From assembly GCA_005239935.1 (NCBI GenBank), contig SBAZ01000013.1, forward strand, positions 1 through 45,247: a stretch of DNA of 45,247 bases, written 5' to 3'. Under the pieces are notes generated by a model, which saw nothing but the letters and a program-made list of their open reading frames with translations, did not search any database and was not told the origin of the DNA. Numbering within the stretch: the first letter of the stretch is position 1; every line of letters starts with the position of its first letter. The DNA is from Planctomycetales bacterium. Lineage in GTDB: Bacteria; Omnitrophota; Gorgyraeia; Aquiviventales; Aquiviventaceae. A program made the position numbers and the translations under genes. This document shows, one piece after another, positions 45,024-45,247 of the stretch.

Positions 45024-45247
45024 GCGCAGGGTGCGCGTGGGCGAGCGTGTGCGTGTGGTGGCGGTGGGCCGTCGCGACCGGGACCACGATGTCGCTGATA
45101 CAGCACGGCACCCAGACGGCGAGGACGATGATGGCGAAGACCGGGAAGATCTGCTGGACGTCGGTCATCCAGCCGGTGAACCCGAACGAGATCAAGTAGA
45201 GGAGCGAGGCCGCGCTGCTGACGAACACATGCGCCCCATGCGAAAAC
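45010..45247 (-). CDS. Membrane protein with a His-rich C-terminal tail (possible metal transporter); N-terminus lies outside the window
   Basis: Two hydrophobic segments, then ...ATAHRHHTHTLAHAHPAHGDS*. The frame stays open to the window edge. There is a 14-nt overlap with the DUF1015 start. Confidence 0.4.
   Translation of the reverse strand, partial: FSHGAHVFVSSAASLLYLISFGFTGWMTDVQQIFPVFAIIVLAVWVPCCISDIVVPVATAHRHHTHTLAHAHPAHGDS

Overview
High-GC bacterial window, roughly two-thirds G+C by eye. Every credible gene lies on the minus strand. The plus-strand ORFs in the track look like antisense shadows (Arg/Pro/Ala-rich, fully overlapped by well-supported minus-strand genes). Positions 1-34082 form one very large surface-glycan biosynthesis supercluster of the O-antigen/EPS type, exported by a Wzm/Wzt ABC transporter. 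It is arranged as two tightly packed, translationally coupled operons, with promoter candidates at ~34117-34125 and ~23293-23321. The modules I can read are: ugd + uxs (UDP-GlcA/UDP-Xyl); rfbA + rfbB + a DegT aminotransferase (dTDP-4-amino-6-deoxyhexose type); a TviB/TviC-like dehydrogenase/epimerase pair plus an AsnB-like amidotransferase (amidated HexNAc uronic acid type); hddA/hddC/gmhB-like genes plus an Fcl-like reductase (GDP-heptose type); and an HldE-like kinase/nucleotidyltransferase fusion with inverted domain order. The cluster also holds nine extended-SDR enzymes, two paralogous GT4-like glycosyltransferases, a GT75/RGP-family protein, a GT-C-like membrane protein, two FkbM methyltransferases and two tiny Cys-rich ORFs. 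Positions 34163-45247 carry envelope and housekeeping genes: LptD-like, transaldolase/FSA, ROK kinase, two tandem GGDEF cyclases, a sugar-ABC ATPase, accD, DUF1015 and a partial membrane protein. Most notable: (1) both nucleotide-sugar 6-dehydrogenases carry homologous ~480-aa LAGLIDADG inteins at the same site, directly before the catalytic Cys; (2) a LexA-DNA-binding-domain-only ORF with no ATG/GTG/TTG start is absent from the ORF track, heads the downstream operon, and sits behind a promoter with a perfect palindrome; (3) a plant-type GT75/RGP homologue is encoded in the same cluster as Ugd and Uxs; (4) a 13-nt anti-SD/SD pairing lies in the accD leader. I saw no rRNA, tRNA, CRISPR array, transposase or integrase.
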